Shown: positions 20,398-28,522 of the stretch, piece by piece
How positions within the stretch are numbered: the stretch's first letter is position 1
Layout of the letters: each line of letters opens with the position of its first letter
Source of the DNA: Nitrospirota bacterium
Lineage (GTDB): Bacteria > Nitrospirota > 9FT-COMBO-42-15 > HDB-SIOI813
Assembly: GCA_020846775.1 (NCBI GenBank)
Contig: JADLDG010000023.1
Location: forward strand, 75,298 to 139,297
DNA length: 64,000 bases
Direction of reading: 5' to 3'
The notes under the pieces: generated by a model
The model's database searches: none
Seen by the model: the letters and a program-made list of their open reading frames with translations, nothing else
Told to the model about the DNA's origin: nothing
Position numbers and translations under genes: made by a program

Positions 20398-21360
20398 TCA
20401 AGGTTTTGATAGACTTTCCAATATAGCTGCTGCGAGTAGAGGAACCATGATTTCATGATGGCCTGTAAGGGTGAACCCTCTCCCGGTGCCGTTTCTGGTA
20501 GGCCTGCGAACGACATTTGTGACAGGTCTGTAATGCTGAATAAAGTCCATGTTAACTGTCGTAAAATTCTGGACCATATGTCCAAGATTTCTAACGAGGG
20601 TGACAGCCTTAAGGAATATCTCAGGCAATATGACGGCTGATCCAATGTTCAGATAGACGCCACCCTCAAGCCTTGATACAACCCCGGCATATAGTAAAAA
20701 GTCCCTCAGGCTTCCCTCCCCGGTAGCATTTCCATCCATTTGCGGATGCAGATGAATTATGTCTGTACCCATTGCAACGTGCACTGTCACCGGTATCCCA
20801 AGTCTGGCCCCTGCTGCAAGTATACTAAGGTGCTTATAAGGGTAATCTGAATTGTTTATCATCTCTCCCGTTGATCTTCCTATCCCCCAGCCTTTCCTGG
20901 CGCCATACGTTATTGCGTTATTCAAATACCTCCCGGTCTCCTTTGCCATGCCGAACGTGCCATTTGATAGTTCGGCATCTACGTCTTCAGATGTCATTCC
21001 TGCGAAGGCAATCTCAAAGTCATGCACTATACATGCTCCGTTTAAGGCAACTGCATGAATGATCCCCTTTTCCATAAGGCCGATTATCAAAGGACTAAGT
21101 CCCACCTTTATTACATGGGCCCCCATCGCAGCAATGACTATTTTCTTATTATTACATGCAGATGCAATCAGCGATGCAATTTCCTTCAGGTCTCTTACTG
21201 CAAGAATATTAGGCAGACTGGTCAGGAAATCATTAAATGACTTTCCCGCCTGTGACGGCTTGGCAAAGTCACTTATATTCACCTTGCTTTTTCTGGACTT
21301 AAGAGAATATGTCTTAAGCTTCTTTGAAGATAATGGCTTAAACTTCATCAATACCTCCAC
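20398..21360 (-). CDS. Conserved hypothetical protein, possibly a deoxyhypusine-synthase-like (DHS-like) Rossmann fold
   Basis: 320 aa. Gly-rich segments (…IVIAAMGAHVIKVGL…, …NIGSAVILPEIF…) arranged like the DHS family. Assignment is by recall only. Overlaps the downstream gene by 13 bp. Confidence 0.45.
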   Translation of the reverse strand: MEVLMKFKPLSSKKLKTYSLKSRKSKVNISDFAKPSQAGKSFNDFLTSLPNILAVRDLKEIASLIASACNNKKIVIAAMGAHVIKVGLSPLIIGLMEKGIIHAVALNGACIVHDFEIAFAGMTSEDVDAELSNGTFGMAKETGRYLNNAITYGARKGWGIGRSTGEMINNSDYPYKHLSILAAGARLGIPVTVHVAMGTDIIHLHPQMDGNATGEGSLRDFLLYAGVVSRLEGGVYLNIGSAVILPEIFLKAVTLVRNLGHMVQNFTTVNMDFIQHYRPVTNVVRRPTRNGTGRGFTLTGHHEIMVPLLAAAILESLSKP

Positions 21361-22007
21361 ATAAGACCGGCAATCAGACCCCTTCTTGAATGGTAGTCAA
21401 AGTTAATAAGGAGTCTGCGGTTCATCTCTACGCTGATACCTCCAAGGAATGTCATAAAATAATCTTTATCAACCTGTCCCCACGTCTCGCCATATTCCGC
21501 CTTTTGAAGACATGTCCCGTCTGCACGGTAAGTACAGTACTCCTCGGAGAAAACATAAAGTTGAGCTGTCTTCTGAGTTGATAGTCCCAATCCCGAATTG
21601 AGGTAAATTGACGATACGAACGGCAGTCTTATGCCCACTTTTCCAAAGACCTCCCATTCATCACCGTCATGGAATTTGCCCTTCGGTGTGCATTTCTTTC
21701 TGAGTTCGTTTTCAGGATCTGATTTAGTATTAAAATAGTCGCAGGATTCAGTAAGTGTCTTTTCTGTTTGTACATAACTCCAGGGAGCATCAGTGATGAA
21801 GGTTGCTGAAAGTCCGATCAAAGCATATCCGAAATAAAAATCAGACCCGATACCAAATCCTGCATTATCCTTTCCCAGTTCGGCTGAAAGAGATGCTGAA
21901 CAGGCTGGCTTGAAGGAAACGAAAAGTATCAGAACTATCAAGATGAATCTTAATATAGGTTTCCGCTTAAGACATGCGGATACGAGAATATCCCTGTACT
22001 GTTGCAA
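21348..22007 (-). CDS. Hypothetical secreted / putative outer-membrane beta-barrel protein
   Basis: 219 aa. N-terminal hydrophobic signal-like segment. Amphipathic beta-strand periodicity and a C-terminal aromatic residue (…GLMWRY). Four Cys. No recognised family. Confidence 0.45.
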   Translation of the reverse strand: MQQYRDILVSACLKRKPILRFILIVLILFVSFKPACSASLSAELGKDNAGFGIGSDFYFGYALIGLSATFITDAPWSYVQTEKTLTESCDYFNTKSDPENELRKKCTPKGKFHDGDEWEVFGKVGIRLPFVSSIYLNSGLGLSTQKTAQLYVFSEEYCTYRADGTCLQKAEYGETWGQVDKDYFMTFLGGISVEMNRRLLINFDYHSRRGLIAGLMWRY

Positions 22008-22019
22008 AAGTCTCCAATG

Positions 22020-22532
22020 TTAATAAGATAATAGTGATACGACATTGTGGCCGTCAAGCTTGTTTCTTCCCCTGAGATCGGTCAGCTCGATTAAAAATGC
22101 AATTCCATTAATGATTCCGCCAAGCTTCTTTACAAGCTGAACAGTTGCTGCTACTGTGCCGCCTGTGGCAATGAGGTCATCCACTATCAGCACCCGTTCT
22201 CCCGGCGCTATAGCATCCTGATGTATTGATAATGAGTCTGACCCGTATTCCAACTCGTATTCTGCTTCATAGACGTCGCTTGGAAGTTTGCCTGGTTTTC
22301 TAACAGGGACAAATCCGGCTCCAAGACGATAGGCAACCGGAGCGCCAAGAATGAACCCGCGTGACTCCATGGCAACAACTTTCTGTATCCCGTCGCCGTC
22401 ATAGAAATTGGCAATCTTATCAATTACCCGCTTGAATCCCCCTGCATCTTTGAGAAGCGTTGTTATATCATAGAACAATATTCCATTCCTGGGAAAATCA
22501 GGGATCTCACGAATCTTAGACTTTAAATCCAT
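22020..22532 (-). CDS. apt: Adenine phosphoribosyltransferase
   Basis: 170 aa with type I PRTase PRPP-binding motif …VLIVDDLIATGGT… and an Apt-like N-terminus. Confidence 0.9.
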   Translation of the reverse strand: MDLKSKIREIPDFPRNGILFYDITTLLKDAGGFKRVIDKIANFYDGDGIQKVVAMESRGFILGAPVAYRLGAGFVPVRKPGKLPSDVYEAEYELEYGSDSLSIHQDAIAPGERVLIVDDLIATGGTVAATVQLVKKLGGIINGIAFLIELTDLRGRNKLDGHNVVSLLSY

Positions 22533-22551
22533 TTTATCACCTCCGCCTTAT

Positions 22552-23601
22552 TTATAATATTTCATCTTTCTTTATAGATTTTTTTGCAATAATCGAACGG
22601 AGTTTACTGAGAGCCGATGACTCAATCTGCCTTATCCTTTCCCTTGTGAGACCGAATTCAGGACGATTCCCAATTTCTTCAAGTGTCATAGCCTCCTGCC
22701 CTTCCAGACCGAATCTGAGACTAATTACCTCTCTTTCCTTTTCTCTAAGCAGTTTGAGCCATTTGTCAATCTCTTCCCTCGTGCTGATGCCTTCTGCAAA
22801 CTGTGAAGGAGACATTATAGTGTCATCTGCTATAACATCCATAAGTATATTAGCTTCTTTGTCCCCTACAGGCGTCTCGAGGGAATATGTCCTCCTGATA
22901 AGCTTCTTAATATCTTCTACATCTTCAGAAGGGGTATTCATTTTGTTGGCGATCTCTTTAATTGAGGGTTCTCTTCCTAACTCCTGAATGAGCATTTCTG
23001 AGGTTGAAAGAAATTTGTTTATATGTTCAGCTACATGTACCGGGAGTCTGATGGTCTTGGTCTGATTAATGATGGCCCTTTCTATTGACTGTCTGATCCA
23101 CCATGAGGCATACGTGCTGAATCTGAATCCCTTGGAATAATCGAATTTCTCTACAGCCCTCATAAGCCCTAAATTGCCTTCTTCAATAATATCTGCAAGA
23201 GGAAGTCCCCGGTTTAAATATCTCTTTCCAATATTAACGACAAGTCTCAGATTAGCTTCAATCATGTGATCCCTGGCCTTCTCATCGCCGTTTTCTACTT
23301 TTGCCGCAAGGCGCTGCTCCTCCTCAAATGTAAGAAGTGATGTCTGGCTGATCTCATGAAGATATGATCTTATTACGTCTAATTCAATGCTGTTTTCGTT
23401 ATTGACTGACTTCTCATCACCACCATCAATGTCATCATCTTCAGCCCTGAAGAAAATAGTATCATTTTCGGTTTCGCCAGGTTCCGGCGCTTCTAAGTCT
23501 TCATCCAGATCTTCCTCTTCTGTCTGCTCCTGTTCGTCAGAAGTTTCATCTTTTGATTTCTGTATGATATTACCTGTTTTCTTTGATTTTGGTTTGCCCA
23601 T
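22552..23601 (-). CDS. rpoS: RNA polymerase sigma factor, sigma-70 family (RpoS-like) with a highly acidic N-terminal extension
   Basis: 349 aa. Region 2 (…[37 protein letters not shown]…), region 3 and region 4.2 (…[22 protein letters not shown]…). About 80 aa of D/E-rich N-terminus. Confidence 0.8.
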   Translation of the reverse strand: MGKPKSKKTGNIIQKSKDETSDEQEQTEEEDLDEDLEAPEPGETENDTIFFRAEDDDIDGGDEKSVNNENSIELDVIRSYLHEISQTSLLTFEEEQRLAAKVENGDEKARDHMIEANLRLVVNIGKRYLNRGLPLADIIEEGNLGLMRAVEKFDYSKGFRFSTYASWWIRQSIERAIINQTKTIRLPVHVAEHINKFLSTSEMLIQELGREPSIKEIANKMNTPSEDVEDIKKLIRRTYSLETPVGDKEANILMDVIADDTIMSPSQFAEGISTREEIDKWLKLLREKEREVISLRFGLEGQEAMTLEEIGNRPEFGLTRERIRQIESSALSKLRSIIAKKSIKKDEIL

Positions 23602-23623
23602 GATGATAATCCAAAGTTATTAT

Positions 23624-23699
23624 GGTCGGGGCGAGAGGATTTGAACCTCCGGCCCCATCGTCCCGAACGATGTGCGCTACCAGTCTGCGCTACGCCCCG
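23624..23699 (-). tRNA. tRNA-Pro (anticodon CGG)
   Basis: 76 nt cloverleaf read from the minus strand. Acceptor CGGGGCG/CGCCCCG, D arm GCGC-AGACTGGTA-GCGC, anticodon arm CATCG-TTCGGGA-CGATG (CGG), T arm GGAGG-TTCAAAT-CCTCT. Encoded ACCA 3' end. Confidence 0.9.
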
Positions 23700-23707
23700 A
23701 CATTTAG

Positions 23708-23830
23708 TTTACGTTGAAAAGCACTCATCTGCGGCGTCAGACGGGCAGATTTGAGATTCAACGTACCATAAAGTACGCCTCATCTCAAATCTGCCCGTCT
23801 TCCTTGCAGCTAAGCACTTTTGAACGTAAA
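23708..23830 (-). other. Structured tRNA 5'-leader element, copy A (nested long hairpin between a promoter and tRNA-Pro)
   Basis: Outer stem TTTACGTTCAAAAG / CTTTTCAACGTAAA (minus-strand sense, one C·C mismatch). Inner perfect 18-bp stem GACGGGCAGATTTGAGAT / ATCTCAAATCTGCCCGTC. Apical mini-hairpin CGTAC-N6-GTACG. Conserved internal-loop blocks TGCAAGGAAG and CTGACGCCGCA. A homologous copy lies at 62868-62992. Confidence 0.5.
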
Positions 23831-23865
23831 CTCCTTCATGCTGATGCTGTTTTTTATTGATCCTT

Positions 23866-23894
23866 ATAATAATTGAGCGGGGTATTGTTGTCAA
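23866..23894 (-). promoter_or_regulatory. Sigma70-like promoter for the tRNA-Pro leader/tRNA transcript
   Basis: On the minus strand, TTGACA (23894-23889), a 17-nt spacer, then TATTAT (23871-23866). The -35 hexamer overlaps the alanine dehydrogenase stop codon. Confidence 0.45.
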
Positions 23895-24994
23895 CTGAGC
23901 GGCTCGAGGCGGAGGCCGAAGGCGTTGGCTACTCCGTCGCATGTTACTCTGCCTTCTGCTATATTTACGCCCTTTGCAAGTGCCGGATCCTCTTTGACAG
24001 CTCTTCTCCACCCGAGATTGGCAAGCTTAATTATATATGGTAAAGTCGCACTGGCCAGGGCAATGGTTGATGTATGCGGGAATGCCCCGGGCATATTTGC
24101 AACGCAGTAATGAACCACCCCCTCAGCACAATATACCGGATCAGAATGTGTAGTCGGCCTGGAGGTTTCAAAGCAGCCTCCCTGATCAATAGAAACGTCT
24201 ACGATGACAGATCCTTTACGCATCTTTCCTACGAGATCCCTGCTTACAAGATAGGGCGTCTTTGATCCTGGTATCAGGACGGCTCCGATAACTATATCAG
24301 ACGACAACACTGCCTTTTCGATATTCTGTTCATTTAATGACAGCGTCATGATCCTGCCTTCATGGATATCGTCAATGTATCGAAGATTCTGAAAACTTTT
24401 GTTAAGCATAACAACCCTTGCTCCAAGACCCGCAGCTATTCTGGCTGCATTCTGCCCGACAGTTCCTGCACCAAGAATCGTCACTTTGCCGGGCAAGACA
24501 CCTGGTATTCCGCTGATAAGAATGCCGGAGCCGCCCTGTGACCTTTGCAAATGGTAAGCGCCGGCGATGGACGCGACTCGTCCGGCAATCTCACTCATCG
24601 GAATCAGTAGCGGAAGTGAACCATTCTCAATCTGTACTGTTTCATAGGCAATTGCAGTGACGCCACTGACGATTATTGCTTCAGTAAGAGCACGGTCTGC
24701 TGCGAGGTGTAGAAATGTGAATAACACCTGTCCGTTTTTAAGCAATGAATACTCGTTCTTGATCGGCTCCTTGACCTTTACTATCATCTCTGACAGGTGG
24801 AATAATTCCTCCGCTGAATTGACTAAAACTCCACCGGCAGTGTTATATTCATCGTCAGATATGCCGCTTCCAATACCAGCGCCTTTTTGTATAAATACAG
24901 TATGTCCGTATCCCGTTAAAGTCTCGACACCGGCTGGAACCATTGAAACCCTGAATTCCTGGTCTTTAATCTCCTTTGGAACACCTATTTTCAT
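23891..24994 (-). CDS. ald: Alanine dehydrogenase
   Basis: 367 aa. MKIGVPKEIK… N-terminus and NAD-binding GAGTVGQNAARIAAGLGA motif typical of AlaDH. Confidence 0.9.
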   Translation of the reverse strand: MKIGVPKEIKDQEFRVSMVPAGVETLTGYGHTVFIQKGAGIGSGISDDEYNTAGGVLVNSAEELFHLSEMIVKVKEPIKNEYSLLKNGQVLFTFLHLAADRALTEAIIVSGVTAIAYETVQIENGSLPLLIPMSEIAGRVASIAGAYHLQRSQGGSGILISGIPGVLPGKVTILGAGTVGQNAARIAAGLGARVVMLNKSFQNLRYIDDIHEGRIMTLSLNEQNIEKAVLSSDIVIGAVLIPGSKTPYLVSRDLVGKMRKGSVIVDVSIDQGGCFETSRPTTHSDPVYCAEGVVHYCVANMPGAFPHTSTIALASATLPYIIKLANLGWRRAVKEDPALAKGVNIAEGRVTCDGVANAFGLRLEPLS

Positions 24995-25233
24995 TTGTTG
25001 TTCTTATAAGGAAATATCAGATGAATCTGCGTCTTATTTATATTGATAAAGTCTGAAATGTATTTTAATTGTCCATCTGACATAGAGAAGCACTCAGCAT
25101 TAATAACAGGTACAAAAGAATCGGAATCACTTCCTCCAAGTGTCCTGTTCAAGTAATCAGTAAGCCTTCCACTCTTAGGGATGAACACGTCTCCAATTAT
25201 CTTATAATGATAAGTAATAATGATCACCCGCAT
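24991..25233 (-). CDS. Small hypothetical protein (80 aa) translationally coupled to ald
   Basis: ATG at 25233 (MRVIIITYHYKIIGDVFIPKSGRLTDYLN…) with weak AAGGA upstream. Its stop overlaps the ald start (ATGA-type 4-bp overlap). No recognised family. Confidence 0.4.
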   Translation of the reverse strand: MRVIIITYHYKIIGDVFIPKSGRLTDYLNRTLGGSDSDSFVPVINAECFSMSDGQLKYISDFININKTQIHLIFPYKNNK

Positions 25234-25684
25234 TTTTTCCTTGTCTACGTGAAGCGGTCTTTTTTTCTCTGGTTCCACCTTTAGTCCCCCTTTTATGTCT
25301 ATTGTCACTCTAAATAAAACACATATAATAATCAAGTAAAAAATGGTTTAATACGTCAAGATATCCCGATAATTAATTTTCTTATTTTAAGTCAATGTGG
25401 AATATCATATCTTGGCATTATAACATTTATAGCGGGTATGGTTTAGAAGATATAGAGGGGGTAATATCAGAGGGAGATGTTATATGTGCTGCCAATAAGT
25501 TTGCAAAAGAGAAACAAGCCATAATTGTTGCAATGACTACAATTATGTGGCAATGGTTTACCTGTTAATAACAGCAATAATTCAAAGGCATTTAATATAG
25601 CAATGTAATCGAGTAGTTATGCAGCTACCGCCACCTGGTTAGGAACTTGAATTATAATAGTATTAAGGGAGGCACAACATTTCG

Positions 25685-26185
25685 ATGGTCAAAAAGAGAC
25701 ATTTAATAGTAATACGAAATGGGATGAGTGGGATTGCTACTATAGAGCACCTTCTGAAGAAGACAAGGGACTTTAATATCTCAGTCTTTGGATCTGAATC
25801 CTATGTTAATTACAACCGGGTCATGCTATCCAATGTGCTTTCAAGGGAGTATGTTATTCCTATGACACCCTTCTTATAGCTACGTTGTACCGCGTGCTTT
25901 GGGTGTGTCATAACTACAGATGAACTCAGAGTTATTGCCGATGTCGCAGACAGGTATGAGGAGGTGCTGGACATAACAGCTGTTTTTTTGCAATACTACA
26001 GAGAGAACGGAAGATGGACAGAGAGGACCAGTAATTTCATTGAGCGGGTAGGGATTGAGCACATCAGGGAAGAATTGTTAGAAGATAAATCCGGTAAAGT
26101 TGTCAATTTAAGGAACCGCATGAGACAGGTTGTTGAAGTATATAAAGATCCATGGCCTGAAGTCAGAGATGATACATTTGTGTGA
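25685..26185 (+). pseudogene. nirB: Nitrite reductase [NAD(P)H] large subunit (nirB-like) remnant: N-terminal and C-terminal fragments only
   Basis: A 64-aa ORF matches the NirB N-terminus (MVKKRHLIVIRNGMSGIATIEHLL…FNISVF…YNRVMLS; first Gly of GxGxxG replaced by Arg). The next ORF matches the NirB extreme C-terminus (…YYRENGRWTERTSNFIERVGIEHIREELLED…). The roughly 700-aa middle is absent. AAGGGAGG Shine-Dalgarno retained. Confidence 0.45.
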
Positions 26186-26200
26186 TTAATTCAGCACCAT

Positions 26201-27607
26201 CTAATTATTTAGATTATAGTTTTTCGGTAGATAAACCCTGAATAAACTCCCCTTTCCAAGTTTGCTTTCCACCTCAATCCTTCCGCCATGTGACTTTACT
26301 ATTGCCCTTACTATGGACAGCCCAAGGCCGCTTCCTATGGTCTCTCCACGGCTTGCATCTACCCTGTAGAACCTGTCAAAGACCTTTTCTTTGTCTTCCT
26401 CCGGTATACCGATACCGGTATCTTCGACATCTATAACTGCATCACCATTTACTTCTTTTATGTGAATATCCACTGTTCCTTCCGGCCTGTTATATTTGAT
26501 TGCATTCTCAACGATGTTTGAAAAAACTTCGGCAAGGCCTTCCCTGTCGCCAGTTACAAAAACATCATTGACAGCATTGTTTATTTTTATCCCCCTGCTT
26601 GCAGCGGTTGGTTCTACCATTTTTAAAATACCTTCAATCAGTTCTTTAAGGTTAACCTTTACGGGTTTAAAACTAATTGCGTTGCTGTCAAATCTTGATA
26701 TCGTCAGTATTCGGTTGATTATATCGCACATCCTGTTTACAGCATGACTCATTTTGTTGAGAACGTCCTTGTAGTCGTCAACTGTCCGATCCCGTTTCAG
26801 TGTTATGTCACAGTAGCTTCTTAAAATTGATGTCGGAGTTCTCAACTCATGGGAAGCGTCAGACAGAAACTGACGCTGCTTATTGAATGAAATCTCAAGA
26901 CGATCAAGCATCTTGTTAAAACTGTATGCCAGACCTTTCAACTCATATGCGGACTCCTCTTCGTCTACCCTTTTGCTCAGGTCCCTTTCTGATATATCGT
27001 CAATTCTGTCAGCGAATAATTTTATAGAACGCAATGCCCATGCTGTTATAAGGAACGTCCCGGCTCCGCACAATAGAAATATGACAGGATAAGTTATTAT
27101 GACTATTTTCCTGAATGAGCCTAATAGCGTGTAGGTGCCTTCAAGTGAATCAGCAGTCTGTAAAGTCAAGATTCCCTGAGAAAATTTGTAATCTGCACTG
27201 ACTAAACGTATTTGGATGTTGCCGGGTCCTATAGAAGTTTCAGAAAGCGAAGTCCCAACGTTAAATCTGACTGGTAAGATTTCCTCTGCAAGACCAAGGG
27301 AAGGTGAACGGGCAAGGATTATGCCGTTTGAATTGACTACCTGATAATAATGTCCCGAAAGCTCTTCTGCGTAAACTCCCTGTGCCGAATTAGACAACTC
27401 AATAAGTTCCGTCTGCAATTGTCCATGATCATCCTCGAGTTTAAGCAGACCGGCAATTGTGTCCAAAGTAGAACTTAAGTGCTGTTCTGTCTGGTAAATC
27501 ATGATATTCTCCAACTTAAAGTAAAGAAAAACCTCCAGGCTGGTGAAAACGAGGGAAAAGATTATTAAAAAAAAGATTACTAATTTTAGCCTGATAGAGT
27601 TAAACAT
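26201..27607 (-). CDS. Two-component sensor histidine kinase (two TM helices, HAMP, HisKA, HATPase_c)
   Basis: 468 aa. H-box …LSDASHELRTP… and G-boxes (…DTGIGIPEE…GSGLGLSIV…). Lies 8 bp downstream of the response regulator gene. Confidence 0.85.
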   Translation of the reverse strand: MFNSIRLKLVIFFLIIFSLVFTSLEVFLYFKLENIMIYQTEQHLSSTLDTIAGLLKLEDDHGQLQTELIELSNSAQGVYAEELSGHYYQVVNSNGIILARSPSLGLAEEILPVRFNVGTSLSETSIGPGNIQIRLVSADYKFSQGILTLQTADSLEGTYTLLGSFRKIVIITYPVIFLLCGAGTFLITAWALRSIKLFADRIDDISERDLSKRVDEEESAYELKGLAYSFNKMLDRLEISFNKQRQFLSDASHELRTPTSILRSYCDITLKRDRTVDDYKDVLNKMSHAVNRMCDIINRILTISRFDSNAISFKPVKVNLKELIEGILKMVEPTAASRGIKINNAVNDVFVTGDREGLAEVFSNIVENAIKYNRPEGTVDIHIKEVNGDAVIDVEDTGIGIPEEDKEKVFDRFYRVDASRGETIGSGLGLSIVRAIVKSHGGRIEVESKLGKGSLFRVYLPKNYNLNN

Positions 27608-27614
27608 AGATGAC

Positions 27615-28292
27615 TTATTTCAGTTTGGATTTGAGTATGTAACCGGCCCCGCGAACTGTATGAATCAATTTCTGTTCATGGTCCTTATCTATCTTGTTGC
27701 GAAGATAATTGATGTAGACATCCACAACATTGGAATCCATATCACTGTCTTCATTATATATATGCTCTACTATATCTGTACGTCCTACGACAGTGTCTTT
27801 GTGATAAGCCAGGTATTCGAGCAGTGCATATTCTCTGGCTGAAAGTGTTACCGGGTTTCCGCCTCTCAAGACCTCATGAGTAGAGGTATTTATCTCAAGG
27901 TCAGCTATGCGAATTACAGATTCTTTTACAGAAGACTGGCGTCTGATCAGTGTACGTATTCGAGCCAGGAGCTCGTCAAAGACAAATGGCTTGGTCAGGT
28001 AGTCATCAGCCCCTGTATCAAGACCTTTGATCTTGTCAAGTATAGCATCTCTTGCCGTAAGAAGGACAACCGGTGTAGAAATTCCTTTTTTTCTGATATT
28101 GCCAAGCAGGGTCAGACCGTCAATCTTCGGAAGCATTATGTCGAGGATAATTACATCAGCAGGATAATTTTCGGCCATATACTGACCCTCTTCACCATCA
28201 TTGGCCTCGTCAACTATATACCCCTCTTCCTCAAGGCCCTGTCTGATGATAAATGCAAGGTCCTTCTCATCTTCAATTAATAAAATACGCAA
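27615..28292 (-). CDS. Response regulator, OmpR/PhoB family (REC plus winged-helix)
   Basis: 225 aa. MRILLIEDE…DVIILDIMLP…DG receiver. C-terminal trans_reg_C (…LLEYLAYHKDTVVGRTDI…). Confidence 0.9.
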   Translation of the reverse strand: MRILLIEDEKDLAFIIRQGLEEEGYIVDEANDGEEGQYMAENYPADVIILDIMLPKIDGLTLLGNIRKKGISTPVVLLTARDAILDKIKGLDTGADDYLTKPFVFDELLARIRTLIRRQSSVKESVIRIADLEINTSTHEVLRGGNPVTLSAREYALLEYLAYHKDTVVGRTDIVEHIYNEDSDMDSNVVDVYINYLRNKIDKDHEQKLIHTVRGAGYILKSKLK

Positions 28293-28522
28293 CCGCTGGC
28301 CCTCCTTGTAACCGGAACATCACAATTATACACACTATTGCGATCATAAAGACCGCACTATATTATGTGTAATATTACTACAGCAAGGGTTCCGGTTACA
28401 AGGGCTGCTGCCAATTCAAACAATCCGCTCTGCAAATGTTCCTGTCTCATGGCTTCCACCTCTCTTTTCTGACTCTTATTATATAAAGTGGAAGATTAAG
28501 ACATAATTAAAATCTGCCTGAG

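Noticed and set aside
23708-23830. Interpreting the tRNA-adjacent repeats as phage or ICE attachment sites
   Set aside because: Integrases target tRNA 3' ends. These elements are on the 5' (promoter) side. No integrase or other mobile-element gene is nearby. The two copies differ by compensatory changes rather than being identical att cores.
23709-24011. 100-aa minus-strand ORF spanning the tRNA-Pro leader element and the 3' end of ald
   Set aside because: It overlaps ald in another frame and runs through the palindromic element. The palindrome explains the open frame on both strands.
25336-25684. Possible sigma54 promoter (TGGCA…) in the AT-rich region upstream of the nirB remnant
   Set aside because: A TGGCA is present, but the downstream TTGCW element at the correct 4-5 nt spacing is missing. 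No enhancer-binding protein gene is nearby.
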